Of a stretch of DNA of 49,347 nt, positions 23,147 to 31,557 are shown piece by piece. The position numbers were made by a program, and so were the translations under genes. Source of the stretch: a virus. The notes under the pieces were generated by a model that ran no database searches, was not told where the DNA came from, and saw only the letters and a program-made list of their open reading frames with translations. The DNA is taken from IMG/VR virus record IMGVR_UViG_3300024518_000002, positions 1-49,347 of that record. One strand, given 5' to 3'. Position 1 is the stretch's first letter, and each line of letters begins with the position of its first letter.

Positions 23147-23414
23147 AGGTGTAATCAAGCGTATTTTGGAGGCGTATGAAATATATGAATCAAACCGACG
23201 TGAAGAAAATAAATTGCAGCGTCAGGCGGGAAATAAGAGAATCGCACGAAATTATTCACCTACAAGCCACTTGATTATGCGGCTTGGAGCAATTGAGGAT
23301 TTAGGAAACACCCCAACACACGATCTAGTGTTTGTTATTAGGAGATTGGCGGAAGCTGAAAACATGGGGAATGTCGAATATGTGATGTCGTTTTTGCAGG
23401 ATTGTGTTGAATGA
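23133..23414 (+). CDS. Hypothetical protein
   Basis: 93-aa ORF. Confidence 0.55.
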   Translation: MIKNEGVIKRILEAYEIYESNRREENKLQRQAGNKRIARNYSPTSHLIMRLGAIEDLGNTPTHDLVFVIRRLAEAENMGNVEYVMSFLQDCVE

Positions 23415-23463
23415 GCACCGCCTATGCTATACTCCCCCTATGTATACAAGCGAGAATTCACAC
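23411..23463 (+). repeat. 53-bp direct repeat R1 (extended -10 promoter TGcTATACT + ATG 7 nt downstream)
   Basis: 47/53 identical to 24584..24636. TG 23425-26, TATACT 23428-33, ATG 23440. Confidence 0.8.
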
Positions 23464-23556
23464 GCGAAGCAGAGCAAGATGACAGAAGCCACCTGTAATT
23501 TTCTAATAAAACAAAGGGGAATAGATGACAAAACACATAAGGGCGTGTTACGATGA
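23440..23556 (+). CDS. Possible 38-aa leaderless ORF (MYTSENSH...), coupled by ATGA to the next gene
   Basis: Hand translation. The N-terminus is shared with gene 24613. Confidence 0.3.
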   Translation: MYTSENSHAKQSKMTEATCNFLIKQRGIDDKTHKGVLR

Positions 23557-23864
23557 TTTTTGAGACATTGTACGAATCGGCAAAACGCAATGAGCTAATT
23601 TTAATTGATGGTGGTATTTGTCACTGGCATTTGCGCCGTGACAAGCAATTGACCATCCGCGAAATTATCAGCACACGACCTGGTGCTGGTTCCGAGATGC
23701 TGGCGCAATTGACAGCCGTTCCTGGTGCTGAATCTATATTTGCTAAATGCCCCGCTGATTTACTGGCAAACGATTGGTATAAAAAACGTGGTTTTGTCTG
23801 CGAAGGAACGCAAACAACTAAAGGCGGAAGGAAACTGAAATTGTGGCGGCTGATATTGAACTAA
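23553..23864 (+). CDS. Small GNAT-like protein (tentative)
   Basis: ISTRPGAGSEMLAQL...ANDWYKKRGF resembles GNAT motif A plus the Y-x-x-x-GF tail. Only 103 aa. Confidence 0.4.
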   Translation: MIFETLYESAKRNELILIDGGICHWHLRRDKQLTIREIISTRPGAGSEMLAQLTAVPGAESIFAKCPADLLANDWYKKRGFVCEGTQTTKGGRKLKLWRLILN

Positions 23865-24577
23865 TCTATTGTGCTGGTAGTAACCGAATGTTTGCCCAAA
23901 TTGCCATTGATGCTGGTTTTTTGTATGGCGCACAGTTACCGAGCACGGTTTACCACTCACTCCATTTTGCGGATCAGAACTGGAAAAACCCAGATCGCGG
24001 AAAATACATATCAGCATTAGCAAAACATCGGCCGTTCATGGCCTCAGTGCTGGACTTTGAGCGTATGGAACAGTTGCCAGAGGTGTTGGCATGGGCAGAG
24101 GATGCGGCGCAGTATATTGAGGTCGTGATAATTATACCTAAGGTGTTTGGTGGCATCTCAAAATTACCTAGCGTGATTGGTGGCAAACCAATTCGTCTTG
24201 GTTATTCCGTACCGACAAAACACGGTGGAACATCCGTTGGTTATTCAGAGTTCGTCGGCTGGCCTGTGCATCTGTTAGGTGGCAGTCCGCAGAAGCAGAT
24301 GAGATTGACGCGATACTTAAATGTTGTCAGCATAGATGGCAATATGCACATGAAAATGGCGATAAGATATAATGCGTTTTTTGATCCTGAGAAAATAACA
24401 GTGCGTGGATATTGGCCGACGCTTAAAGATTACGACGGTCAAAAATGGGGGGACGGGAGCAAGAAATCAGGTGCTCCATATGAAGCCTTTAGACGTTCGT
24501 GCGTAAACATCATGTCGTTTTGGCAAGACCGTTTTATTTACAGTGGCATTAATGGAGGGTTTGAAGTGGCAGCGTAA
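23843..24577 (+). CDS. TGT-fold / DpdA-like transglycosylase candidate (function tentative)
   Basis: WPVHLLGGSPQKQM resembles the (R/K)P-x-(Y/H)-L-(M/F)-G-x-G-x-P motif of tRNA-guanine transglycosylases. The following VVSIDGNMHMKMA resembles the F-D-(S/C) catalytic segment. Confidence 0.4.
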   Translation: MAADIELIYCAGSNRMFAQIAIDAGFLYGAQLPSTVYHSLHFADQNWKNPDRGKYISALAKHRPFMASVLDFERMEQLPEVLAWAEDAAQYIEVVIIIPKVFGGISKLPSVIGGKPIRLGYSVPTKHGGTSVGYSEFVGWPVHLLGGSPQKQMRLTRYLNVVSIDGNMHMKMAIRYNAFFDPEKITVRGYWPTLKDYDGQKWGDGSKKSGAPYEAFRRSCVNIMSFWQDRFIYSGINGGFEVAA

Positions 24578-24583
24578 TATCGA

Positions 24584-24636
24584 ATGAGCACCTCTTGTGC
24601 TATACTCCCCCCATGTATACGAACGAGAATTCACAC
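24584..24636 (+). repeat. 53-bp direct repeat R2 (extended -10 promoter + ATG 24613)
   Basis: TG 24598-99, TATACT 24601-06, ATG 24613 at +7. Confidence 0.8.
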
Positions 24637-24981
24637 CGCATCTTCACGAGAAGCGGAAAACAGCGGGCATTATGGCAGCGGTTATTCCATATGGATACCC
24701 TGCCCGTCACATCCGCATTCCCGCACGAGGGTGCAGACATTTACGGCCGTTCAGCATGGCACTATACGCTAGACGTTGCACGTATGAATCCCCGATATAT
24801 GCGGCGGCTGGCAAATCATGTCGCTAAATGGAGCAGGGATTATGCAGAGACACTTGACCGCATACAGCGCGAGGGTTGGCAGATTGATGCAATTGATTGT
24901 TTTTTAGTTGAGGCGGCGGAGGGCGAAAGCCTGAAGCCGTCTTTTTATTTGGGGCGGGAATTGTTGCTTGACCCAATATGA
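24613..24981 (+). CDS. Hypothetical protein (MYTNENSH...), probably leaderless
   Basis: In frame with track ORF 24595..24981. Start chosen at the ATG positioned 7 nt after the -10. Confidence 0.5.
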   Translation: MYTNENSHRIFTRSGKQRALWQRLFHMDTLPVTSAFPHEGADIYGRSAWHYTLDVARMNPRYMRRLANHVAKWSRDYAETLDRIQREGWQIDAIDCFLVEAAEGESLKPSFYLGRELLLDPI

Positions 24982-24995
24982 TACAATGAAGCTGT

Positions 24996-25082
24996 CCTGA
25001 AGGTCGCTCTGGGTGTGGCGATGATAAATCGGTTTATCAAAAATAGCGGCGGCTATGTGGGTTCAATTCCCATCCTTCGGGA
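24996..25082 (+). tRNA. tRNA-like gene with long extra arm; anticodon loop non-canonical (tetraloop or 8-nt loop AAUCGGUU), isotype undetermined
   Basis: Intergenic. Acceptor CCTGAAGG/CCTTCGGG. D-like arm TCGC-TCTGGGTGTG-GCGA. Hairpins TGATAAA-TCGG-TTTATCA and ATAGC-GGCG-GCTAT. Canonical T-arm GTGGG-TTCAATT-CCCAT. Confidence 0.4.
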
Positions 25083-25100
25083 ATATTAAGGAATAGACAA

Positions 25101-25343
25101 ATGGCACAGAAGGTAATCCAGATCATACCGCTAGTTGATTGGTATGTTTCTTTTGATAATGGCGACGGTACATATTACTCTGTGCCATTAACTGGCGCAT
25201 GGCTAGATGATAACGGGGAAATAGGCGTTTTTGATATAGATGCCTCCGGCCATGTGGAACTATATCCTAGGAAAGAGATGGATTGTGTTGGGATATGGCA
25301 CAGGTCACAAATACCAGGTGCTTATAAAAACAAAGGGGAATAG
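25101..25343 (+). CDS. Hypothetical protein
   Basis: AAGGAA RBS. 80 aa. Confidence 0.6.
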   Translation: MAQKVIQIIPLVDWYVSFDNGDGTYYSVPLTGAWLDDNGEIGVFDIDASGHVELYPRKEMDCVGIWHRSQIPGAYKNKGE

Positions 25344-25481
25344 ATGGCAAAATATAAATGCGATTCATGCAAAAAGACATTCAAAACGCTGGGCGGAATT
25401 AGGCGACACAGGGAGCCTTTTCCCCGCGAGTACCAGAATAAAAACAATCGTGTAAGATGCGTACCAAGGAAGGCGAGATGA
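25344..25481 (+). CDS. Small zinc-finger-like protein, 45 aa
   Basis: Hand translation gives MAKYKCDSCKKTFKTLGGIRRHRE... Has an AGGGGAA RBS. Its stop overlaps the next ATG (ATGA). Confidence 0.45.
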   Translation: MAKYKCDSCKKTFKTLGGIRRHREPFPREYQNKNNRVRCVPRKAR

Positions 25482-25741
25482 AAAATCAGTTGGTGTGGAA
25501 AGAGGTGATTAAAGATTATAGTATTCTTGCCTGTAAAACTCCTTATGGAGCCGTTATAATGATTGCAAATCATGTATCCTTTGGTGATATTTTTAGCCAG
25601 ACGCAGTGGTTGGGGGGATTTGTTGATTTAGATCATGCAAAGCGTGTATGTTACGAATGGATAGATAAGGACATAAAACTTGAGAAAAGAATGCAGCGGG
25701 CAGAAGAAGCGTATAATGCTATTATGCAGGGCGGCGAATAA
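25478..25741 (+). CDS. Hypothetical protein
   Basis: ATG 25478 is coupled to the upstream stop. 87 aa. Confidence 0.55.
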   Translation: MKNQLVWKEVIKDYSILACKTPYGAVIMIANHVSFGDIFSQTQWLGGFVDLDHAKRVCYEWIDKDIKLEKRMQRAEEAYNAIMQGGE

Positions 25742-25782
25742 CTTGTCCATATGTTATCAGTATGTACGCCAATGGGTGAAAA

Positions 25783-26292
25783 ATGGGTGAGAAAAAGAAA
25801 ACTGAAGGGAAGTTTCAAATTAACTTTACGGAATGGGATGCCGACAAAGAGGTATTTGTTTCTGCTCCCCAGGTTGGCACGTACCACGAGATAACTTCGG
25901 ACTTTGACTGGTCAGGTATATCTAACCCCATTAAAAATTATATTCTTGACAGCATGGACAAAGAAGATGAGATAAAAAACGACATTGAATTTATTATAAC
26001 GGCGATAAAAAAGGGTGTGATAGCGGCAGATGAAATAGAAACAAGGGAAAAACTAGCCGCCTATGCCCATGAGGCGTGGGCTGGCTGGAAAAGGCATGAA
26101 TTTGGTAAGGGGGATTTTAACGCAGACGGCACATGGACAATGCCAGCATGGGCAGTAACCCGATGGACGCGACAAATGAATACGCCGTATGACGAACTGT
26201 CAGAAAGCGAAAAGGAATCAGACAGGAAAGAAGCGCGTAAAATGATGGCGATAATGGGGGGCGAGAATGACCCAAAAACAACCCCACTATAA
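25783..26292 (+). CDS. RyR-domain-like protein (tentative)
   Basis: LAAYAHEAWAGWKRHEF...TPYDELSESEKESDRKEARKMM resembles the RyR repeat seen in phages. Confidence 0.45.
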   Translation: MGEKKKTEGKFQINFTEWDADKEVFVSAPQVGTYHEITSDFDWSGISNPIKNYILDSMDKEDEIKNDIEFIITAIKKGVIAADEIETREKLAAYAHEAWAGWKRHEFGKGDFNADGTWTMPAWAVTRWTRQMNTPYDELSESEKESDRKEARKMMAIMGGENDPKTTPL

Positions 26293-26491
26293 CCTAATCG
26301 ACATGATAGAAGCGGTTCAGGGTTTTGGCAATTCTGCCTATACCGTTATCCCCAGCGGTATCGCACGAGACATTTTGCGAGAATTGAAGCGGTTGTATGA
26401 GTTGGAAACGGCCGTCACTAAACTTGCACAGATACCCGTCAATTCAGCTACAGCCATTACGCCGCACATGTTGCATGAGCTGCTGACATGA
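26267..26491 (+). CDS. Hypothetical protein
   Basis: 74-aa ORF. Confidence 0.5.
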   Translation: MTQKQPHYNLIDMIEAVQGFGNSAYTVIPSGIARDILRELKRLYELETAVTKLAQIPVNSATAITPHMLHELLT

Positions 26492-26703
26492 TAGTAAAGC
26501 AATTAGAGATAACTTATAGAGACTATGATGGGATAACATCGCTCAAATTATGTGGGGAGTTGAAAAACCTGCTATTGGCAAAACAAGTCCTGAGGGGTGA
26601 CGGATTTATACAGGTTGGTTTTAATGGGAGCGTTATTGAAATTCCGTCCGAATGTGTAATTGATGCCAACTATATCTATTATGACGAGTCGGGGCATGAG
26701 TAA
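26488..26703 (+). CDS. Hypothetical protein
   Basis: 71-aa ORF with ATGA overlap. Confidence 0.55.
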   Translation: MIVKQLEITYRDYDGITSLKLCGELKNLLLAKQVLRGDGFIQVGFNGSVIEIPSECVIDANYIYYDESGHE

Positions 26704-26890
26704 GCGGGCTATTCGCAGGCATCATTATCAAAGACTAAAGAAAAAAAGGCGGCATTGGTGGGGTGGTGTTGACGACGAAACGGCCGCCTTTCTAGTGACT
26801 ACCCCTACTCCGTGCAGTTGCCCAATGTGCGGGAATCCGAGGCGGCATTTTGGAAAGCAGACAAGACAAGAATTACTGATTTACTTGTGA
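26696..26890 (+). CDS. Small basic Cys-motif protein
   Basis: MSKRAIRRHHYQRLKKKRRHWWGG...PCSCPMCGNPRRHFG. Start set at ATG 26696. Confidence 0.55.
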   Translation: MSKRAIRRHHYQRLKKKRRHWWGGVDDETAAFLVTTPTPCSCPMCGNPRRHFGKQTRQELLIYL

Positions 26891-26910
26891 GTAGCTAACT
26901 ATTAAACCCC

Positions 26911-27798
26911 ATGAAACCATACCATAAAAACCCACGCACTATATCAGATTCTCAAAAGGAACAGCTCGCCTCCTCGCTTTTTGAATTAGGCGATCTTTCC
27001 GGCATCATCCACGACCTAAACAGTGACCAGGTGATCGGCGGCAATCAACGCAGCGGTGTATTTGATATTAACGAGTGTGAGATTGAATTGACGCATACAT
27101 CAGATGAGCCAGATGAGCAGGGAACGATAGCACATGGTTTTATCAAATGGCAAGGCCACCGATACGCATATCGACAGGTGCAATGGACAAGCGAACAGTG
27201 TGAAATTGCAAATATCAGAGCAAATAAATTGGGCGGGGAGTTTGACCTTGAGGCGTTGACGCGGGATTTTGAAACGGCCGTATTGATTGATAGTGGGTAT
27301 GGGCAGATAGAGATTGATGAGATTTTGGCAGAGCTTAAAGCGGGGATGCCATCAGAGGAAAGCAAAGACGCGGAGCCGCAAATATCCCGTGCCGATGAAT
27401 TACAAAAGGAGTGGCAGGTTGAAGCGGGGCAGATGTGGCGATTACCAAGCCGAACGGAGGGACAAGAGCATAGGCTGATTTGTGGGGATTGTACAGACGC
27501 GGATGTGGTGGCGCGGGTGATGGGTGGGGGTATGGCTGAAATGGTATGGACAGATCCCCCCTACGGCGTGGCGGTAGGTGATAAAAATAAATACCTCAAC
27601 TCGATTGCTCCGAGCAATCGAGTTGAGGAGAATGGCGAAATTATCTTGGATCCTTTCTCTGGTTCTGGCACAACCATCATAGCCGCCGAAAACCTTTCCC
27701 GTCAATGCCGCGCCTGCGAGATAAGCCCACCATATGTTGCGGTAACATTGCAACGCTACCAAGACGCATTCAACATTACGCCGGAGTTAGTATCATGA
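26911..27798 (+). CDS. ParB-like nuclease domain fused to a DNA methyltransferase whose central region is missing
   Basis: N-terminal ParB-like domain (IHDLNSDQVIGGNQR). Motif IV TDPPYG is followed after only ~25 aa by motif I LDPFSGSGTT. The intact paralog at 17613 has ~140 aa between these motifs. Confidence 0.75.
   Translation: MKPYHKNPRTISDSQKEQLASSLFELGDLSGIIHDLNSDQVIGGNQRSGVFDINECEIELTHTSDEPDEQGTIAHGFIKWQGHRYAYRQVQWTSEQCEIANIRANKLGGEFDLEALTRDFETAVLIDSGYGQIEIDEILAELKAGMPSEESKDAEPQISRADELQKEWQVEAGQMWRLPSRTEGQEHRLICGDCTDADVVARVMGGGMAEMVWTDPPYGVAVGDKNKYLNSIAPSNRVEENGEIILDPFSGSGTTIIAAENLSRQCRACEISPPYVAVTLQRYQDAFNITPELVS
27595..27627. repeat. Perfect 15-bp inverted repeat with 3-nt loop inside the methyltransferase gene
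   Basis: CTCAACTCGATTGCT-CCG-AGCAATCGAGTTGAG, exactly between motif IV and motif I. Confidence 0.9.
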
Positions 27799-28397
27799 CC
27801 CCCCAACACGATGCCATTCTGGCGGCAGGGCAGGAATATGTTAAACGCCTTGCAGAATGGTTGCAAAAAAACCCAAATGCAAACGAGGCAACCGTCGCCC
27901 TTGCGATGGCAAATGGCGAGATTCCGATAGGTGAGCCAAGAGGAGACGGCCGTCCTACAAAACTAAACGAAACGACACACCAGATCATTATTGATGCTGT
28001 GAGAGAGGGGGCGTATTATGAAGATGCGGCGAATGCGGCGGGGGTTGAATATAGAACACTCCGCAATTGGTGTACACGAGGTGAGAGAGAATCAGAACGG
28101 CGCAAAAGCAAACGCGTAAAAGACGGTACAAAACAATGGGAACATGAGGAAAAATACTTTCAGTTTTTTCACGCCTTAAAAAAAGCAGAAGGGGATGCGG
28201 TCATTGGGAATCTTGCTGGAATAGGCAAGGCGGCGAAAGATGGACATTGGCAGGCTTACGCCTGGAAACTGGAGCGACGATACCCGAAACGATACGGCCG
28301 TCATCACCATACAGCAGATATTACCAGCGATGGAAAACCTATTCCTATTGCTATTGTCAACATGGACGTATCAAAATTAAAGGGTAGTGACGAATGA
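27795..28397 (+). CDS. terS: Terminase small subunit
   Basis: ATGA overlap with the upstream gene. GRPTKLNETTHQIIIDAVREGAYYEDAANAAGVEYRTLRNW is an HTH typical of TerS. Directly upstream of TerL. Confidence 0.7.
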   Translation: MTPQHDAILAAGQEYVKRLAEWLQKNPNANEATVALAMANGEIPIGEPRGDGRPTKLNETTHQIIIDAVREGAYYEDAANAAGVEYRTLRNWCTRGERESERRKSKRVKDGTKQWEHEEKYFQFFHALKKAEGDAVIGNLAGIGKAAKDGHWQAYAWKLERRYPKRYGRHHHTADITSDGKPIPIAIVNMDVSKLKGSDE

Positions 28398-29782
28398 CGG
28401 CCGTTATTGCTATTTCAGAAGCAGGATTTATTACCTATGGCGGAGCGCGTGAAGCGTTTTATGATACCTCGCCAGAGGTTATGTTATCGGGGCCATACGA
28501 TACGGGGAAAACACTATCGGCATTGCACAAATTAAACATCTTAATGGGCATGTTTCCAAACGCCCGCGCCTTAATGGTTCGCAAAACCTATAAATCACTT
28601 ATCAATTCTGTTGTTGTGACGTGGGAACGAAAGGTGCATAATGAACGTATCGGGCTTGATCCTACCTATCCAATAACCAAACATGGGGGTAGCAAGCCAG
28701 AATGGTATGACTATCCCAACGGTTCGCGCATCGTTTTAGGCGGGATGGATAACCCGCAAAAAACGCTATCAGCAGAGTATGATTTTATTTATGTGTCACA
28801 AGCCGAAGAATTAATAGAGGATGAATGGCAAGCGTTGACCCGTGCCGCCTCAGGGCGTGCGGGGAATATGCCCTACACTCAGGTCATGGGGGATTGCAAT
28901 CCAGACGTACCCGAACACTGGATTTTGCAGCGGGAAAGAATAAACCTTTATGAGTCTCGCCACGAAGATAACCCCACTATTTTTGAGCGAGATGAGTTTG
29001 GAGAGTTGACGGGTGAGTATGAAATGGGGGGCGGTTCACGAATGGCAGCACTTGACGCCATGACAGGGGTGAGGTACAAGCGTGGCCGATTGGGTTTGTG
29101 GGTTGGGCGTGAGGGGCAGGTGTACGAATATGATCCGGCCGTTCATTTGATCAACTTGAAAGACTGCCCCCTATTCGTGAACCGTTACCGTGTTGTTGAT
29201 TTTGGATTTACAAACCCATTTGTTTGTCAATGGTGGGGAGAAGATGGAGACGGCCGTTTGTATATGTATCGTGAAATATATATGAGCCAACGTACAGTTA
29301 AGGTACACGCAGAACAAATCAACAAACTGAGCGAGGGCGAACGGTATGCCTTGCCGTCTATTTGCGATCATGACGCAGAAGATCGGGCAACTCTGGAAGA
29401 AAACGGGATTCCTACTATCCCGGCGATTAAATCAGTACGGCAGGGTATTGACGAAGTAACAGAAAGGCTTAAGATATTAAGAGATGGCAAACCACGTTTG
29501 TATATTTGCCGTGACGCACTGGCTGAAGCCGATCCTGCTATGAAAGCATCGCGGCGACCGACTTCTACTGAACGCGAATTTTCGGGATATGTTTGGCCTA
29601 CTGTGAAAACTGGCAGGGCGGCAGACGAAAAACCCGTAAAGTCGGACGATCACGGGATGGATGCCATGCGGTATATGGTTATGCAGTTTGCTAATAAAAT
29701 AGACTATGATGTTTACAGAGGGTTGGGCGAGCTTGACAATAAACCTATTTTTGACAGGGGAGTAAGTGACAGATGGCGATAA
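28394..29782 (+). CDS. terL: Terminase large subunit
   Basis: Walker A-like SGPYDTGKT. 462 aa with a C-terminal nuclease-like region (DDHGMDAMRY). Confidence 0.85.
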   Translation: MTAVIAISEAGFITYGGAREAFYDTSPEVMLSGPYDTGKTLSALHKLNILMGMFPNARALMVRKTYKSLINSVVVTWERKVHNERIGLDPTYPITKHGGSKPEWYDYPNGSRIVLGGMDNPQKTLSAEYDFIYVSQAEELIEDEWQALTRAASGRAGNMPYTQVMGDCNPDVPEHWILQRERINLYESRHEDNPTIFERDEFGELTGEYEMGGGSRMAALDAMTGVRYKRGRLGLWVGREGQVYEYDPAVHLINLKDCPLFVNRYRVVDFGFTNPFVCQWWGEDGDGRLYMYREIYMSQRTVKVHAEQINKLSEGERYALPSICDHDAEDRATLEENGIPTIPAIKSVRQGIDEVTERLKILRDGKPRLYICRDALAEADPAMKASRRPTSTEREFSGYVWPTVKTGRAADEKPVKSDDHGMDAMRYMVMQFANKIDYDVYRGLGELDNKPIFDRGVSDRWR

Positions 29783-31557
29783 GACGAAACGACAACGGGA
29801 CAGTATTAAACAGGCCACAAACGCAAAAGAAACGGGCGGGCGTATTTGGCGAGATAGGTACATCGGGAATTGAAGCGTGGTCGGGTATTATCCGCCAGGC
29901 ATACATTGCCGATCTAACGTGGCCGAGTGCATGGCCTACGTACAGTCGGCTCTATCGCGCTGACGATGAAATTACGATTATCCGCCAGGGTTATACCATG
30001 TTTGCACGGCGACTTGACCTGACAGTAGAGCCGCCAAAAGACCCCAGTGATGACGATTTGGCTGTCGCCGAATATGGCTTGCAGATGTTTGGTGAAATGG
30101 AGGGCGGGTCACATTCGTTTATTGAAACGGTAATCAAGACGGCATTCTATGGATGGACATGGTTTGAAACGGTGATGGGGATGCGAAACGGCCGTAACTT
30201 TGATGGCTGGGTTAGTCAGTACGATGACGGATTGCCGGCTATCCGCAAATTGGCATTCCGCGATCATTCCTCATTTGTCCGGTGGGATATGGATGATGCG
30301 ACGGGTACACTTCACGGGATGGAACAGATGGATGCACCTAACCCGTCTATCGTTATTCCGCTAGACCGATCAATACACGTCACTTACGGCGACCCCAGCA
30401 ATCCAGAGGGATTGTCACCTATGGAGGCACTATACAGATTAGAGCGCATCAAATGGGGATTGACGAATATTTTTGGTATTGGTTCTGAGCATACAGCGGG
30501 GCATTTGTCCGTTACTAGCGAGAAGCCGTTGGGAGACCTAGACACGCCTGTCATTCGTCAAGCGGCGCAATCAATACAGGCGGCACAAGAGAACAACTTT
30601 GCTATGTGGCCGCCTGGTGTGAATGGCGAACTTATCGACACTCCATTCTCGGCAGCGGCTGTGCTTTTGGAAGGAATCAAACACTGGGGCATGTTGAAGC
30701 TCCAAATATATAATATGCAACATGTCGCTATGAGCACCACCTCTGGCGCGGGTTCGTTTGCCGCCATGAGCGACGCGTCCGCAATGGCTGTCATGATGTT
30801 TAACGGCATGATGGAAGGGATGTTCAAACAGGTGAGCCAGCAGGTGGGCGAACAATTATTTAATCATCCGCTTGTGAGGAAACGCTATCCAGGCATGACC
30901 GGACTCCCCACTGTTGGCGTGACAAAGATTGAAAAGTCAATCTCACTCACAGAGCTGTCAACATTCGCCAATCAAATGTTCCCCATCATGCCGATGGGTG
31001 ACGATGATATTATCGCCATTAGAAAAAAATCAGAATTTTTGCCAACAACGCTACCAGAGGAAACGGCCGTTTCCCCCACCCCGCCAGCATCGCAACCAGA
31101 CGATGAACCAGAAGAGGGTGAGCCAGATGAAGATGACAGTGCAGAATTCCACGTCTCCGATTGGTGGGCTTTGCGACAAGAGATTTTTACAGATCGCAAC
31201 CTGCAACAGGATGATTTAATTAAATTATTAGACGCTGCAACAACGCGCGGGGACTTGAAGATGATTCGGCATGAATTGGCGCAATCGAAAACAGATAAAA
31301 AAATTGTCAATGATTATGGTGATGAAATCGCATTGCTGGTTATGAAGGCGGACGACAGGAGATTGACCAAGCAAGAATTTATAGGCAAGATGCGCGAAAC
31401 TGTATTCAATAATATTGAATTGATGTTTAGGCGCGGAGCGAATATAGATTCACGACAGTTATTATTGCCACATGAAATCGATGTATTAAACGAAGAACTT
31501 GAAACTCACTTTGACAGCATTGAAAAAATGGCAGACGAATTATATGACAATGAATAA
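29773..31557 (+). CDS. Portal protein
   Basis: 594 aa immediately after TerL, with an acidic C-terminal tail. Confidence 0.75.
   Translation: MAIRRNDNGTVLNRPQTQKKRAGVFGEIGTSGIEAWSGIIRQAYIADLTWPSAWPTYSRLYRADDEITIIRQGYTMFARRLDLTVEPPKDPSDDDLAVAEYGLQMFGEMEGGSHSFIETVIKTAFYGWTWFETVMGMRNGRNFDGWVSQYDDGLPAIRKLAFRDHSSFVRWDMDDATGTLHGMEQMDAPNPSIVIPLDRSIHVTYGDPSNPEGLSPMEALYRLERIKWGLTNIFGIGSEHTAGHLSVTSEKPLGDLDTPVIRQAAQSIQAAQENNFAMWPPGVNGELIDTPFSAAAVLLEGIKHWGMLKLQIYNMQHVAMSTTSGAGSFAAMSDASAMAVMMFNGMMEGMFKQVSQQVGEQLFNHPLVRKRYPGMTGLPTVGVTKIEKSISLTELSTFANQMFPIMPMGDDDIIAIRKKSEFLPTTLPEETAVSPTPPASQPDDEPEEGEPDEDDSAEFHVSDWWALRQEIFTDRNLQQDDLIKLLDAATTRGDLKMIRHELAQSKTDKKIVNDYGDEIALLVMKADDRRLTKQEFIGKMRETVFNNIELMFRRGANIDSRQLLLPHEIDVLNEELETHFDSIEKMADELYDNE

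Noticed and set aside
24584-24827. Track ORFs 24584..24772 and 24597..24827
   Set aside because: These are alternative frames of the 24613..24981 gene region. Their composition is implausible and they start inside the promoter repeat.
25240-25455. 71-aa ORF overlapping 25101..25343
   Set aside because: It is out of frame with two well-coupled small genes (25344..25481 and 25478..25741) that have an RBS and ATGA overlaps.
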